Shown: positions 1 to 9,652, counted from the stretch's first letter. The stretch: DNA of 54,909 nucleotides from Methyloceanibacter sp. (GCA_036280475.1 DASUQP010000106.1:1-54909); one strand, 5' to 3'. The notes: generated by a model from the sequence alone, not told the origin. Numbers and translations are program-made.

Positions 1-91
1 AGAGAGCCGCAAGCTGTTCGACGCGGCGCTATCGGGGAATCTCCCCGCCGCCTAACCCACCACGATGTGGTTGCGGTCGTGGTGCTGCGTC

Positions 92-126
92 AAAACAAAA
101 AGGGGCGCCGGTTTAAGCCGGCGCCC
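92..126 (-). terminator. Rho-independent terminator of the 157-318 gene (possibly bidirectional)
   Basis: GGGCGCCGG(103-111)/CCGGCGCCC(118-126) stem; A-run at 92-101 is a U-tract on the minus strand. Confidence 0.8.
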
Positions 127-156
127 AATGCAGCACGCAGCTACATGTTTACGGTG

Positions 157-318
157 CTACATCTTCTTCTCTTCGCATTTGCTTGTGTTGGCGTCCCAGG
201 TGCCGCCGGCCTTCTCGCAGTCGGCCGCATTCGAGGCCTTCGACACGTCGCCCGCGAGAGCGGGGCCGGCGAAACCAAGCGCGAGAGCCAGAGCAAAGGT
301 TGAAATCAGGGTCTTCAT
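157..318 (-). CDS. Small secreted protein, 53 aa, two Cys (not in ORF track)
   Basis: Manual translation MKTLISTFALALALGFAGPALAGDVSKASNAADCEKAGGTWDANTSKCEEKKM; GAGGAG RBS, ALA signal cleavage site, own promoter and terminator. Confidence 0.85.
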   Translation of the reverse strand: MKTLISTFALALALGFAGPALAGDVSKASNAADCEKAGGTWDANTSKCEEKKM

Positions 319-356
319 CACGCGTTACTCCTCTGTTGGTGCAGGGGTGAGCGGAC

Positions 357-381
357 AACGCCGCCTCGTCCGGATCGTTCC
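357..381 (-). promoter_or_regulatory. EcfG-type promoter
   Basis: GGAAC-N16-CGTT upstream of 318. Confidence 0.8.
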
Positions 382-471
382 GGACTTTTTTTCAACGCGC
401 TTCGAGATGCAGGCGTGGACAGAGACGCCAAGCTGGAGGGCGTTGAAACAGGACTTTGGCAAGAAGTGTGG

Positions 472-496
472 GGAACTTTGTTCGCATCATCGCGTT
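472..496 (+). promoter_or_regulatory. EcfG-type promoter
   Basis: GGAAC-N16-CGTT upstream of the 621 micro-ORF. Confidence 0.75.
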
Positions 497-620
497 CAGG
501 GCGATGAAACGTCGGACCTAAACCTGTCCTCTTCAGTGCGACGGAGATTTAGGCCGGCTCGGCATCAATCCTCGCCGGAACATTTCGCCAGTCTTTGTCC
601 CCCTACGAAAGGAGTCATCA

Positions 621-698
621 ATGCGTGGTGTCATACTTTGGCTGCTCGGTGTCCCGATCACGATCATCATTCTTCTTTATCTGTTCAACATTCTATAG
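621..698 (+). CDS. 25-aa single-helix membrane microprotein (not in ORF track)
   Basis: MRGVILWLLGVPITIIILLYLFNIL with AAAGGAG RBS at 608-614. Confidence 0.8.
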   Translation: MRGVILWLLGVPITIIILLYLFNIL

Positions 699-769
699 CG
701 GCAATAACGGCGCTCTTTTCGCTGGCGATCGTCTCGGTCAGCCGTTTCCAATTGGACGCGGACAAGTCG

Positions 770-794
770 GGAACCGTCCAGCCGGTTGAACGTT
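770..794 (+). promoter_or_regulatory. EcfG-type promoter of the CsbD gene
   Basis: GGAAC-N16-CGTT. Confidence 0.85.
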
Positions 795-853
795 GACCTC
801 AATATGCTTTGGCTGACCGCGGTGGGAAGCCTCCAACAAGCAGGAGTCACGTG

Positions 854-1051
854 ATGAACTGGGATCGTATCGAAGGCAATTGGAAGCAGTTCACTGGGCG
901 GGTCAAGCAGCAGTGGGGCAAGCTCACTGATGATGACCTGCAGCAAGTCGAAGGCCGTCGCGATCAGCTCGTCGGCAAGATCCAGGAGCGGTATGGCATC
1001 GCCAAGGACGAAGCCGAGAGGCAAATCGATAGCTGGCTGACCAACGTCTAG
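854..1051 (+). CDS. csbD: CsbD/YjbJ family general stress protein
   Basis: MNWDRIEGNWKQFTGRVKQQWGKLTDDDL...LVGKIQERYG signature; AGGAG RBS. Confidence 0.95.
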   Translation: MNWDRIEGNWKQFTGRVKQQWGKLTDDDLQQVEGRRDQLVGKIQERYGIAKDEAERQIDSWLTNV

Positions 1052-1062
1052 CGGAAATGCCT

Positions 1063-1092
1063 ACGGCGCCGGGCAATTCCCCGGCGCCGTTA
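1063..1092 (+). terminator. Hairpin after csbD, likely terminator
   Basis: ACGGCGCCGGG/CCCGGCGCCGT inverted repeat with weak U-tail. Confidence 0.6.
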
Positions 1093-1102
1093 ATTCTCCT
1101 GC

Positions 1103-1136
1103 CGACTTATCCCACCTCAACGACTTATCCCACCTC
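1103..1136. repeat. 16-bp perfect direct repeat, 18-bp period
   Basis: CGACTTATCCCACCTC at 1103-1118 and 1121-1136. Confidence 0.9.
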
Positions 1137-1151
1137 TATGAGGTCGCAACC

Positions 1152-1304
1152 GTGACCACCATTCTTATCATTCTCCTCATACTCATCCTCATCGGGGCCT
1201 TGCCGACTTGGCCGCACAGCCGCGGCTGGGGTTATGGACCGACCGGTATCGTCGGCATATTGCTCATCGTCTTGCTGGTCCTGATGTTGGCGGGCCGCGT
1301 GTGA
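1152..1304 (+). CDS. DUF3309 family small membrane protein (not in ORF track)
   Basis: GTG start with GAGG RBS; MTTILIILLILILIGALPTWPHSRGWGYGPTG signature. Confidence 0.9.
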   Translation: MTTILIILLILILIGALPTWPHSRGWGYGPTGIVGILLIVLLVLMLAGRV

Positions 1305-1570
1305 GATCGAGCGGCTTTCCGATTTGTCTCGTTCGGAACTGAAGGAGAGCAGAGTGCCGCGCTGGCTGACCCGCACCGAAGCCCGCCAAGGCGCAGGCCC
1401 AAGAGCAATGCTCTGGGTTCTGCTCGCTTCTCTTGCGCTCGCCTGCGCCGCGGGATTGGCACTCGGGCTCGGATGGATCACTCTGCCCTGGACCGGCTAG
1501 TCGCGCTGCGATAAAGGCGGCATCATCACAGGGAGAAGCCATCTCGGACCCTCCGGAGTTCTCGCTCGGC

Positions 1571-2575
1571 ATGGATCAGGCATTAGGGCTTCCCGAAGCC
1601 ATCTTGGTCGCGGATCTCGGCGGAACGAATGCGCGTTTCGCCATCGCCGAGCTCGCAAGCCTCACGCTCTCGCACGTGATACAGTTTCCTTGCCAAATGC
1701 ATCGCGGGCCAGAAGCGGCGATCCGCGCGTATCTCGAGCAGGTCGACGCCACGCCGAAATACGCGTCCATCGCCATTGCCGCGCCCGTCACGGGTGACGA
1801 CGTCGTCTTCACGAACTCGTACTGGTCCTTCAAGATCGGCGCGCTTTGCCGCGACCTCGGCTTCAACGACGTTCGTGTGCTGAACGACTTCGAGGCGTTC
1901 GCGCTGGCTTTACCCAGTCTGGGGTCGCAGGAAGTGCTCCAGATCGGCGGCACCGAGCCCCAAATGCGGGGCACCAAGGTCGCAATCGGCGTTGGAACCG
2001 GGACGGGCATGGCGGCGCTCGTTTGGAGCCCGGCTGGATGGGTCGCCGTGCCGAGCGAGGGCGGCCACGCGTCCTTCGCGTGTCAAACCGCAGAGGACTT
2101 TGCGCTTGCCGAGGAGCTCCGTATGGACCGGTCCCACCTCTCCGCCGAGCGGATCCTCTCGGGGCCCGGCGTCAGCGCCTTGCACCAGGCTGTTGCCGCA
2201 TTGCACGGCGTGGAGGTCGAAGCCCTTGAGCCAAACGACGTGCTGACGCGTGGGCTCGCCGGAGCCGACGCTCTTGCCGTCGAGGCCTTGCGCTTTTTCG
2301 TGCGATGCCTGGGGCGGTTCGCCGGCGATGCCGCACTGACTTTTGGCGCCCGCGGAGGCGTTTATCTCGGCGGCGGCATTACGCCCAGAATTCTCGACCT
2401 CCTAAAGGCGGGACCGTTCCGCGACGCCTTCGAGGACAAGGGCAGAATGAGAGGCTATCTTGCTCCGATTCCGATTTATGCCGTGCTTGCCGAACACGCG
2501 ACCCTTCGCGGTGCCGCCATCGGCGCAAGGATGAATTTGGCGTCGTCAAGCGCATTTCCGCTCGGCCTGTCTTAG
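1571..2575 (+). CDS. glk: Glucokinase
   Basis: ADLGGTNARFA, LNDFEA, GVGTGTG, PSEGGH and GVYLGGGI motifs; start moved to the ATG after GGAG. Confidence 0.92.
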   Translation: MDQALGLPEAILVADLGGTNARFAIAELASLTLSHVIQFPCQMHRGPEAAIRAYLEQVDATPKYASIAIAAPVTGDDVVFTNSYWSFKIGALCRDLGFNDVRVLNDFEAFALALPSLGSQEVLQIGGTEPQMRGTKVAIGVGTGTGMAALVWSPAGWVAVPSEGGHASFACQTAEDFALAEELRMDRSHLSAERILSGPGVSALHQAVAALHGVEVEALEPNDVLTRGLAGADALAVEALRFFVRCLGRFAGDAALTFGARGGVYLGGGITPRILDLLKAGPFRDAFEDKGRMRGYLAPIPIYAVLAEHATLRGAAIGARMNLASSSAFPLGLS

Positions 2576-2596
2576 GCGGCTCCGAGAGCGGGTGCC

Positions 2597-4381
2597 ATGA
2601 GCGACTTCGGACTCGATCTTGCGGTCATCGGCAATTGCCACACGGCCGCTTTGCTCGAACCCACATCGCGTCTTGTCTGGTGGTGCTATCCGCGTTTCGA
2701 CGGTGACCCCGTCTTTTCGCGTCTTCTCGCCGGCGACGATGAAAAGGGCTTTTGCGACGTCGTGCTCGAAAACATGGTGGACTTTTCGTCCGGCTACGAG
2801 CGCAACACGGCGATCGTTTCCACCGTCCTCACCGACGCGCAAGGCGCAGCCGTCAAGATCACCGATTTCGCGCCGCGCTTTCGCCAATACGGCCGGGTTT
2901 TCCGTCCTGCCCAACTCATTCGCATCATCGAGCCGATCACCGGACTGCCACGAATCGCCATTCGCGTGCGTCCAACCAGCGACTACGGCAAACCAATCGA
3001 GACCAGCGCGTTGCGCAGCAGCCATATCAGCTATCAGGGCAAGAACGCGGCGATCAGGCTCACCACCGACGGTCCCCTGTCCTACATCGATCAGGAGTCG
3101 CCGTTCGCTCTGACCAAACCCATTCACATGGTCCTCGGGCCTGACGAGCCTTTCGCCGAGGACATTGCCACGACGTGCCGCGAGTTTGCCGATCGCACGC
3201 ACGACTTCTGGATGGATTGGGTCCGCCGCCTCTCCATCGCTTACGATTGGCAAGACCCCATTATCCGCTCCGCAATCACGCTCAAACTCTCCAATTTCGA
3301 GGAGACCGGCGCCATCGTCGCGGCGCTGACGACGTCCATTCCGGAAGCCTCGGGCGCCGGGCGCAACTGGGATTACCGCTACTGTTGGCTTCGAGACGCC
3401 TATTTCGTGGTGAAGGCGCTCAATCGCCTCGGCGCCACCGAAACGATGGAAAGTTTCATTTCCTTCATTCTCGGCATCGCGGCGCAGGATCCCTTGCGGC
3501 CCGTCTACGGCATCGTGCCGACCGAACCTCTCGACGAGGTCATCGCGCCGAGCCTGAAGGGCTATCGCAGCGACGGGCCGGTCCGCATCGGCAACGCCGC
3601 GGCGTTACAGCATCAAAACGATGCCTTCGGCAGCATTGTGCTCGCGGCCATGCCGATGTTTTTTGACCGGCGCTTGCCCCGGCCCGGCAACGAAGGTCTG
3701 TTCCATTTTCTCGAGTCTCTCGGTTCGAGGGCAGCCGAGGCAGCATTCACTCCCGACGCCGGCATCTGGGAATATCGCAGCCGCGCGCACGTGCATACTT
3801 ACTCGGCGGCAATGTGCTGGGCGGCGGCGAGCCGGCTTGCGGCGATTGCGGCCCATTTGGGCTTGATCGACCGCGCTACCCATTGGGCCGATACGGCGAG
3901 CAAGATTCAGGACGCTCTGCTGGAGCAGGCTTGGAACGAGAAGCGACAGGCCTTTACTTCCGCGTTTGGATCGGAGCATCTCGATGCGAGCGTCCTGCTC
4001 TTGCCGGATATCGGGCTGATCGAACCGACCGATCCGCGTTTCACGCAGACCGTAGCCGCGGTGGAAAAAGACCTGCTCCGCGGCAAACACGTGCTGCGAT
4101 ACGCAAACGACGACGATTTCGGCATGCCTGAAGTCGCTTTTCTCGCCTGCCGCTATTGGCTCATCGACGCATGGTGGTCGCTGGGGCGGCGCGAGGAGGC
4201 ACGCGAACTGTTCATCGACTCTCTGCGTTATCGCAATAGGTATGGGCTTTTGGCCGAAGACATACACCCCGCCACAGGCGAACTTTGGGGCAATTTTCCC
4301 CAAACCTACTCCATGGCGGGACTTATTCTGACGGCGATGCGGCTGTCCCGGAGTTGGGAGGATCGCTATTGGCGCGGCTAG
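2597..4381 (+). CDS. Glycoside hydrolase family 15 (trehalase/glucoamylase-like)
   Basis: IGNCHTAAL, GAIVAALTTSIPE, RNWDYRYCWLRDA and WGNFPQTYS motifs. Confidence 0.92.
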   Translation: MSDFGLDLAVIGNCHTAALLEPTSRLVWWCYPRFDGDPVFSRLLAGDDEKGFCDVVLENMVDFSSGYERNTAIVSTVLTDAQGAAVKITDFAPRFRQYGRVFRPAQLIRIIEPITGLPRIAIRVRPTSDYGKPIETSALRSSHISYQGKNAAIRLTTDGPLSYIDQESPFALTKPIHMVLGPDEPFAEDIATTCREFADRTHDFWMDWVRRLSIAYDWQDPIIRSAITLKLSNFEETGAIVAALTTSIPEASGAGRNWDYRYCWLRDAYFVVKALNRLGATETMESFISFILGIAAQDPLRPVYGIVPTEPLDEVIAPSLKGYRSDGPVRIGNAAALQHQNDAFGSIVLAAMPMFFDRRLPRPGNEGLFHFLESLGSRAAEAAFTPDAGIWEYRSRAHVHTYSAAMCWAAASRLAAIAAHLGLIDRATHWADTASKIQDALLEQAWNEKRQAFTSAFGSEHLDASVLLLPDIGLIEPTDPRFTQTVAAVEKDLLRGKHVLRYANDDDFGMPEVAFLACRYWLIDAWWSLGRREEARELFIDSLRYRNRYGLLAEDIHPATGELWGNFPQTYSMAGLILTAMRLSRSWEDRYWRG

Positions 4382-5832
4382 TTCTCGTTTCCAACCGCAC
4401 GGGCCTTCCACAGGGCGACGGCACGCAGCGTGCCGGCGGGCTCGAAGTCGCGCTTGCGCCGATTCTCACAGGGATTTCAACGCTTTGGTTCGGCTGGAGT
4501 GGCAAGGTCGTCCCGCCCGAAAAGGTCAGGACCGAGACGGTCGATCGCAACGATGCAACCTATGTCGTCACCGACCTGGCCCAGGACGACTACGAAGAAT
4601 ACTACAATGGATTTGCCAACCGCGTTCTGTGGCCAGTTTTGCATTACCACATCGATCTGACCGAATTCACGCGGCGCGACCTCAGCGGCTATTTTCGCGT
4701 GAACCGCCATTTCGCCAACGAGCTCTCCAAAATTCTCCAACCGGACGATCTTGTGTGGGTCCACGACTATCATTTGATCCCAATTGCCGAGGAGCTGCGG
4801 CAGCGGGGACACGACAACGCGCTCGGATTTTTCCTTCACGTGCCGTTTCCCGCGCCAGAGGTGATGACGGTGCTTCCCAATCATGAGCAGCTGCTTCCGC
4901 TCCTTCTGCAATACGACCTCGTCGGCCTCCAAACGGAAACCGACGTCGGAAACTTTGTGCGCTACCTCATCGCCGAGCGTCGCGGTTCGGACCGCAGAGT
5001 CATCGAGGCAACTGGCGGTCAATTCCTGACCGGCGGTGAATTCGCGTTCTCCTCGCGCGGCCGCCAGACGAGAATCGGCAGTTTTCCCGTCGGCATTGAT
5101 GGCGCGGAGTTCGAGCGGCTCGCCCGTCGCGCTGTGAAGTCGACTTTCGTGCGTGACGTGGTCGAGAGCCTCAGCGCGCGCGCGCTTTTGATCGGCGTCG
5201 ATCGTCTCGATTACTCGAAGGGTCTGGTTCAGCGGATGGATGCGATCGAACGATTTCTCGACATGTATCCCGCATGGCGCAACAAGATCACTTACCTCCA
5301 GATTGCCCCGAAGAGCCGATCCGAGATTCCCACTTATGCGGAGCTCGAGCAGGCGGTCGGGGCAGCGGTCGGGCGGATCAACGGCAGGTATGGCGAGGTC
5401 GCCTGGACACCCATTCGCTACCTCAACCGCGCGTTCAGTCGTTCGAACCTGGCAGGATTATACCGCTCGGCGCGCGTCGCCATCGTCACGCCGCTCCGCG
5501 ATGGCATGAACCTCGTGGCGAAAGAATATATCGCGGCGCAGGACACCGAGGATCCGGGTGTGCTCGTCCTTTCCCGCTTCGCCGGAGCTGCGGTCGAATG
5601 CGAGGCTGCGGTGCTCGTCAATCCCTACGATCCGGAATCGGTGGCTCGCGCCATTGCCCAGGCGCTCGACATGGCTTTGCCCGAACGCCGCAAGCGCCAC
5701 GAGGCAAACCTGGCGGCGCTCGCACGCAATCGCCACAATGAATGGAGCACGCGCTTCCTACAATCGCTTCGGAACGCACCCAAGGCCGCGAATCGCCCCG
5801 CGGCGGCCGGCCGCCTGGATGCGCTGTTCTAA
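4369..5832 (+). CDS. otsA: Trehalose-6-phosphate synthase
   Basis: TTG start [10 protein letters not shown] with GGAGG RBS; [42 protein letters not shown]. Confidence 0.95.
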   Translation: MARLVLVSNRTGLPQGDGTQRAGGLEVALAPILTGISTLWFGWSGKVVPPEKVRTETVDRNDATYVVTDLAQDDYEEYYNGFANRVLWPVLHYHIDLTEFTRRDLSGYFRVNRHFANELSKILQPDDLVWVHDYHLIPIAEELRQRGHDNALGFFLHVPFPAPEVMTVLPNHEQLLPLLLQYDLVGLQTETDVGNFVRYLIAERRGSDRRVIEATGGQFLTGGEFAFSSRGRQTRIGSFPVGIDGAEFERLARRAVKSTFVRDVVESLSARALLIGVDRLDYSKGLVQRMDAIERFLDMYPAWRNKITYLQIAPKSRSEIPTYAELEQAVGAAVGRINGRYGEVAWTPIRYLNRAFSRSNLAGLYRSARVAIVTPLRDGMNLVAKEYIAAQDTEDPGVLVLSRFAGAAVECEAAVLVNPYDPESVARAIAQALDMALPERRKRHEANLAALARNRHNEWSTRFLQSLRNAPKAANRPAAAGRLDALF

Positions 5833-5838
5833 TTCCAG

Positions 5839-7992
5839 TCAGTCGTCGGACTCGGTCTTGACATCGACGTGACCCCAAGTCCTGACGACCTCCAACGCCG
5901 TTCGCTCGCCGTAGCGCCGGATCAGGACGTCGACGGCGCCCTCTCCCGCCCTCAACCCTCTCAGCGAGACCTCGTCCAGAAACTTTGGAAGCGTCGGCTT
6001 GACGAAGCGGATCTCGCGCTTCCAGGGATCCTGGACGATGCCCAAGCTCGCCTGAAGCAGAGCGAAGAACGAACCCGCAGACCAGGCCTGCGGCGCGCAG
6101 GCGACCGGGTAGCTCGTCGGTCCGCGGCCAGCCAGACGCGGAAAGCCGCAGAAGAGCTCCGGCAGTCGCTGCAAATCGAGGTAGCTCGCAGCCTCGAAAA
6201 GAGCGCGAAAAATCCTCGTCACTTCGCCCTTGGCGCGGTAGCGCGCGAACCCGAGCGCGATCAGCGCGTTGTCGTGAGGCCAGACCGAGCCGTTGTGATA
6301 GGACATTGGGTTGTACCGCGGCTCGGCGGTGGATATCGTCCTGATCCCCCAGCCGGAAAAACTGTCGGGCTGCATCAGTCCCGAGGCTACCTTCCGCGCC
6401 CTGTCCGGTCTGGCGATACCGCTCAACAGAACTTGACCGGCGTTGGAGGAACGTATGCGGCACGGCACCTTGTCGCCGTCGAGCGCCAAGGCGTAAGTGC
6501 CGAGTTCCCCGCACCAGAAAGAGTCTTCGAAACGTTCGGCAAGAAGGTCGGCCTCGCTTCCCAGCTGCCGAGCCCGGTCCGGGAGATTCAGGGTTTCGGC
6601 GCACCAGGCGGCAAGCCTCTTGGCGGCATAAACATAGCCTTGAACCTCTGCCACGGCGATCGGCCCTGTCGCGAGCCGGCCATCGGAGTGGAAAATCGAG
6701 TCCTGAGAATCCTTCCAACCCTGATTGATCAGCCCCTTGTCGGTCTGCCGGTCATATTCCACGAAGCCGTCACGATCCGGATCGCCAGGCCCATCGATCC
6801 ATGCGAGCGCCCTTTCGATCGCGGGCCAGAGCTCTTGCAGCGTGGCGACATCGCCGGTCGACTGCACATATTGTCCCGCCAGCAAGACGAAGAGCGGCGT
6901 GGAATCGACGCTGCCATAGTAGCGGCCGAAGGGCACCTCCTTCAGATTGGCCATCTCGCCCGCGCGCATCTCGTGCAGAATCTTGCCGGGCGCGGCGTCG
7001 GAAGCGGCATCGAACGCGGTTGCTTGCGTGGCAGCCAACCGCCTCAGCACGGCAATCGGAATGCGGCGGTCGAGCCACAGGCATTGAAGCGCGGTGATCA
7101 GTCCATCGCGGCCGAAAGTGGTCGAAAACCAAGGGATGCCGGCATAAGGGTAATACCCTTCCGGCGTTTCGGTGAGCAGCATTGCGAGGTCGGCCGTCGC
7201 CCGCCGGAGCATCTCGTTGAAACTGTGATTTGAGGTGTGGATTTTCGTTTCCACCCTCATCAGCTTCTTTCGCTCAAGATGCGCGCGCCGCATGGTTCTC
7301 AAGAACAGCGTCTCTTCGGAGCGCGAGTCGCAGGACACTCGCGTGTAGAGAGACGCGACGCTGTGCGGGCTCAGATCAAGCCGGTAGGACGCACAATCTT
7401 CGGTCAGCGTCAAAGGCGTGGGGTCGAAGGCGATATGGGTCCGCCGCATCACCCCGTCCCGGCCCGCATAAGTCAGAGTCGCGCGGGTTTCGCTGATTTC
7501 GGCGCGCTCGACCCCGCGCCGGCGCCGAACGACGCCCCGGACTTCGAAAACATCGGCGAAGTCGCTCTCGAAGGCGAGCGACAGCAGGAGCTGAACCGAA
7601 TCCGCTCCATAATTGTGCAAGGTCAGGCGCTGGTGAAGCGTCTCACGCGAGATGAACAACGTGCGCGCGATGTGCAGCAGGTTCTTGGACAGAACCACGC
7701 TGTCGCGATCGCGGAAATCGGGATTGGTCAGGTCGACTCTTAAGACACAATTGTCGTTCGATAGCGTCGATCCGAGAAGGAGAGGCGCGACGCCATTGAT
7801 GAGCAACTCAAAGCGGGAAAGGTAGCGCGTGTCGCGGTAAAACAGGCCGTCGGGTCCACCGACTGAGACCCCCACGTCGCCATGGCTGTCGAGGACGAGG
7901 AAACTGTCGTCCTGCTTCATCGTGTAGCGCGGTCGCGCGGACGACGATGTGACCGCAATGTCGAACAGCGGTTCCGGCTTAGGCTCGAGCAC
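5839..7992 (-). CDS. Amylo-alpha-1,6-glucosidase / glycogen debranching-like enzyme
   Basis: AGIPWFSTTFGRDG, PGKILHE, YYGSVDSTPL, NQGWKDS, YHNGSVWPHD, ACAPQAW. Confidence 0.9.
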   Translation of the reverse strand: MLEPKPEPLFDIAVTSSSARPRYTMKQDDSFLVLDSHGDVGVSVGGPDGLFYRDTRYLSRFELLINGVAPLLLGSTLSNDNCVLRVDLTNPDFRDRDSVVLSKNLLHIARTLFISRETLHQRLTLHNYGADSVQLLLSLAFESDFADVFEVRGVVRRRRGVERAEISETRATLTYAGRDGVMRRTHIAFDPTPLTLTEDCASYRLDLSPHSVASLYTRVSCDSRSEETLFLRTMRRAHLERKKLMRVETKIHTSNHSFNEMLRRATADLAMLLTETPEGYYPYAGIPWFSTTFGRDGLITALQCLWLDRRIPIAVLRRLAATQATAFDAASDAAPGKILHEMRAGEMANLKEVPFGRYYGSVDSTPLFVLLAGQYVQSTGDVATLQELWPAIERALAWIDGPGDPDRDGFVEYDRQTDKGLINQGWKDSQDSIFHSDGRLATGPIAVAEVQGYVYAAKRLAAWCAETLNLPDRARQLGSEADLLAERFEDSFWCGELGTYALALDGDKVPCRIRSSNAGQVLLSGIARPDRARKVASGLMQPDSFSGWGIRTISTAEPRYNPMSYHNGSVWPHDNALIALGFARYRAKGEVTRIFRALFEAASYLDLQRLPELFCGFPRLAGRGPTSYPVACAPQAWSAGSFFALLQASLGIVQDPWKREIRFVKPTLPKFLDEVSLRGLRAGEGAVDVLIRRYGERTALEVVRTWGHVDVKTESDD

Positions 7993-8015
7993 TTCTTACC
8001 AAGCGTCCCCGACGC

Positions 8016-9134
8016 TTATTCGGCGGCATAGATTCTCGCATGTACCGCATCGCCCGTCAGATTGATAGTCTGACCGGAGACGGGCTGGCGAGGCTGGCCA
8101 ACGCGGGATGGCCGCACAAGCGACTGATACACCCGCAGATAATCGTTGGCCATGCGGCGAGCCGAGAACCGCTTCTCAAAGCGCTGGCGCACTTTACGAC
8201 GATCGAGCTTGACGATTTGCGGCAACTTGGCGACTGCCTCCTCGAATGTCGTGACGACCCGGCCGGTGACCCCGTCGTCGATGACTTCAGGCACGGAGCC
8301 CCAATCGAAAGCGAGGACGGGCGTACCGCAGGCCATCGCCTCGATCATCACGAGGCCGAAAGGTTCCGGCCAGCAGATTGGAAAGAGCAGCGCCGACGCA
8401 TTGCGCAGAAAGTGACCCTTTTCCTTTTCTCCGAGTTCGCCGACGAACTCGATACCGGGGAGACCTAGCAGTGGTTTCACTTCCTCGCGGAAATAATGCT
8501 CGTCGGCGCGATCGACCTTGGCCGCGATTTTCAACTCCATGTTCAATTCGCGCGCAATGCGGATGGCCTGAACCGGATCCTTTTCGGGCGAAATGCGTCC
8601 GAGAAACGCAAGATAGCCCCCTCGCGGATCAAATTCGGCGCGATGGAGATCGAGGGGCAGGCCATGATGTATCGTCGCAATGAAATTTGCGTAAGAGATT
8701 GGCGCGCGTTGTGCGTGCGAGATGGACACAAGCGGAGTGTTGCGGAAATAGCGATAAAAGGGAGCGTTCGCCGGCAGATCCTGTCGGCCATGCAACGTCG
8801 TGACGGCGCGGCTCTCCAAGCCCCCAATCTGCGGGAAATGCAGATAGTCGATATGGAAGTGCAACACGTCGAAGTGATGCGCCACCCGCATGAGCTTGTG
8901 CAGCATGACGATGTAATGAGGAATGGGGTCATGAGCCTCGGCTTCCAGCCGCAGCGCCGACTTGCAGCAGGGTACGAAGGCGGCTTCGGTGATCGAATCG
9001 CCGCTCGCGAATAAGGTGACGTCGTGACCGAGGCCGACAAGCTCTTCCGTGAGATAAGACACCACGCGCTCCGTTCCCCCATAGAGCCGAGGCGGCACGC
9101 TTTCCATCAAAGGCGCAATTTGTGCGATTTTCAT
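8016..9134 (-). CDS. Glycosyltransferase family 4
   Basis: MKIAQIAPLMESVPPRLYGGTERVV, LGRISPEK, WPEPFGLVMIEAMACGTPV. Confidence 0.92.
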   Translation of the reverse strand: MKIAQIAPLMESVPPRLYGGTERVVSYLTEELVGLGHDVTLFASGDSITEAAFVPCCKSALRLEAEAHDPIPHYIVMLHKLMRVAHHFDVLHFHIDYLHFPQIGGLESRAVTTLHGRQDLPANAPFYRYFRNTPLVSISHAQRAPISYANFIATIHHGLPLDLHRAEFDPRGGYLAFLGRISPEKDPVQAIRIARELNMELKIAAKVDRADEHYFREEVKPLLGLPGIEFVGELGEKEKGHFLRNASALLFPICWPEPFGLVMIEAMACGTPVLAFDWGSVPEVIDDGVTGRVVTTFEEAVAKLPQIVKLDRRKVRQRFEKRFSARRMANDYLRVYQSLVRPSRVGQPRQPVSGQTINLTGDAVHARIYAAE

Positions 9135-9146
9135 GCGGTCATTCCG

Positions 9147-9176
9147 GGGATCTTGGCGAACCGGGATCTTGGCGAA
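9147..9176. repeat. 14-bp direct repeat, 16-bp period
   Basis: GGGATCTTGGCGAA twice, just upstream of the GT4 start. Confidence 0.85.
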
Positions 9177-9329
9177 TTCGCGGGGCGCGGCGTCGCCTCT
9201 AGTATAAGACTCAGGCGGCCGCAAAGTTCCAAGGTGCGCAGAGAGAAGGCGACCCCTTCCGTTTCGCGCGCCGCGTCGTCGTAGGCGCGCTTTCCTGGGT
9301 CAATCGACACCGAATTGCGGAGCGGGCGC

Positions 9330-9354
9330 GGAACCCGCCGCGTGACCGGTGGTT
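9330..9354 (+). promoter_or_regulatory. EcfG-type promoter (near consensus)
   Basis: GGAAC-N16-GGTT. Confidence 0.65.
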
Positions 9355-9391
9355 ACGCTGCATCAAAACCGGACATGAAAGGACCGTGTCA

Positions 9392-9623
9392 ATGACGAAC
9401 GAACGGAACAGAGATCGCGACACACCAGGCGGCGGCGGCCGTCCGGACGAGCGCGACGATCCTGACCGGCCCGGCTCTCGCCCGGAGAAGCGCCTTCCCG
9501 GCCAGGATCAGCAGGACCGGGGATCGCCGGCGGATCGAGGAGCCGCATCGCCCGGGTCAGGGTCGACGTGACAGCGATCAGGACGCCGCCAACGAACAGG
9601 ACGACGACGACGGTCGCGCTTAG
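9392..9623 (+). CDS. Small hydrophilin-like protein, probably frameshifted near 9520
   Basis: AAAGGA RBS; frame stops at 9571, while a shifted frame continues with similar composition to TAG 9621-9623 next to the terminator. Confidence 0.55.
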
Positions 9624-9627
9624 TTGG

Positions 9628-9652
9628 AAGAGCCCGCGCAAGCGGGCTTTTT
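9628..9652 (+). terminator. Rho-independent terminator
   Basis: AGCCCGC-GCAA-GCGGGCT followed by TTTT. Confidence 0.85.

Noticed and set aside
1-55. Possible 3' end of an upstream gene (ESRKLFDAALSGNLPAA-stop)
   Set aside because: Too short to identify
65-796. 243-aa ORF
   Set aside because: Overlaps two better-supported microgenes and three promoters
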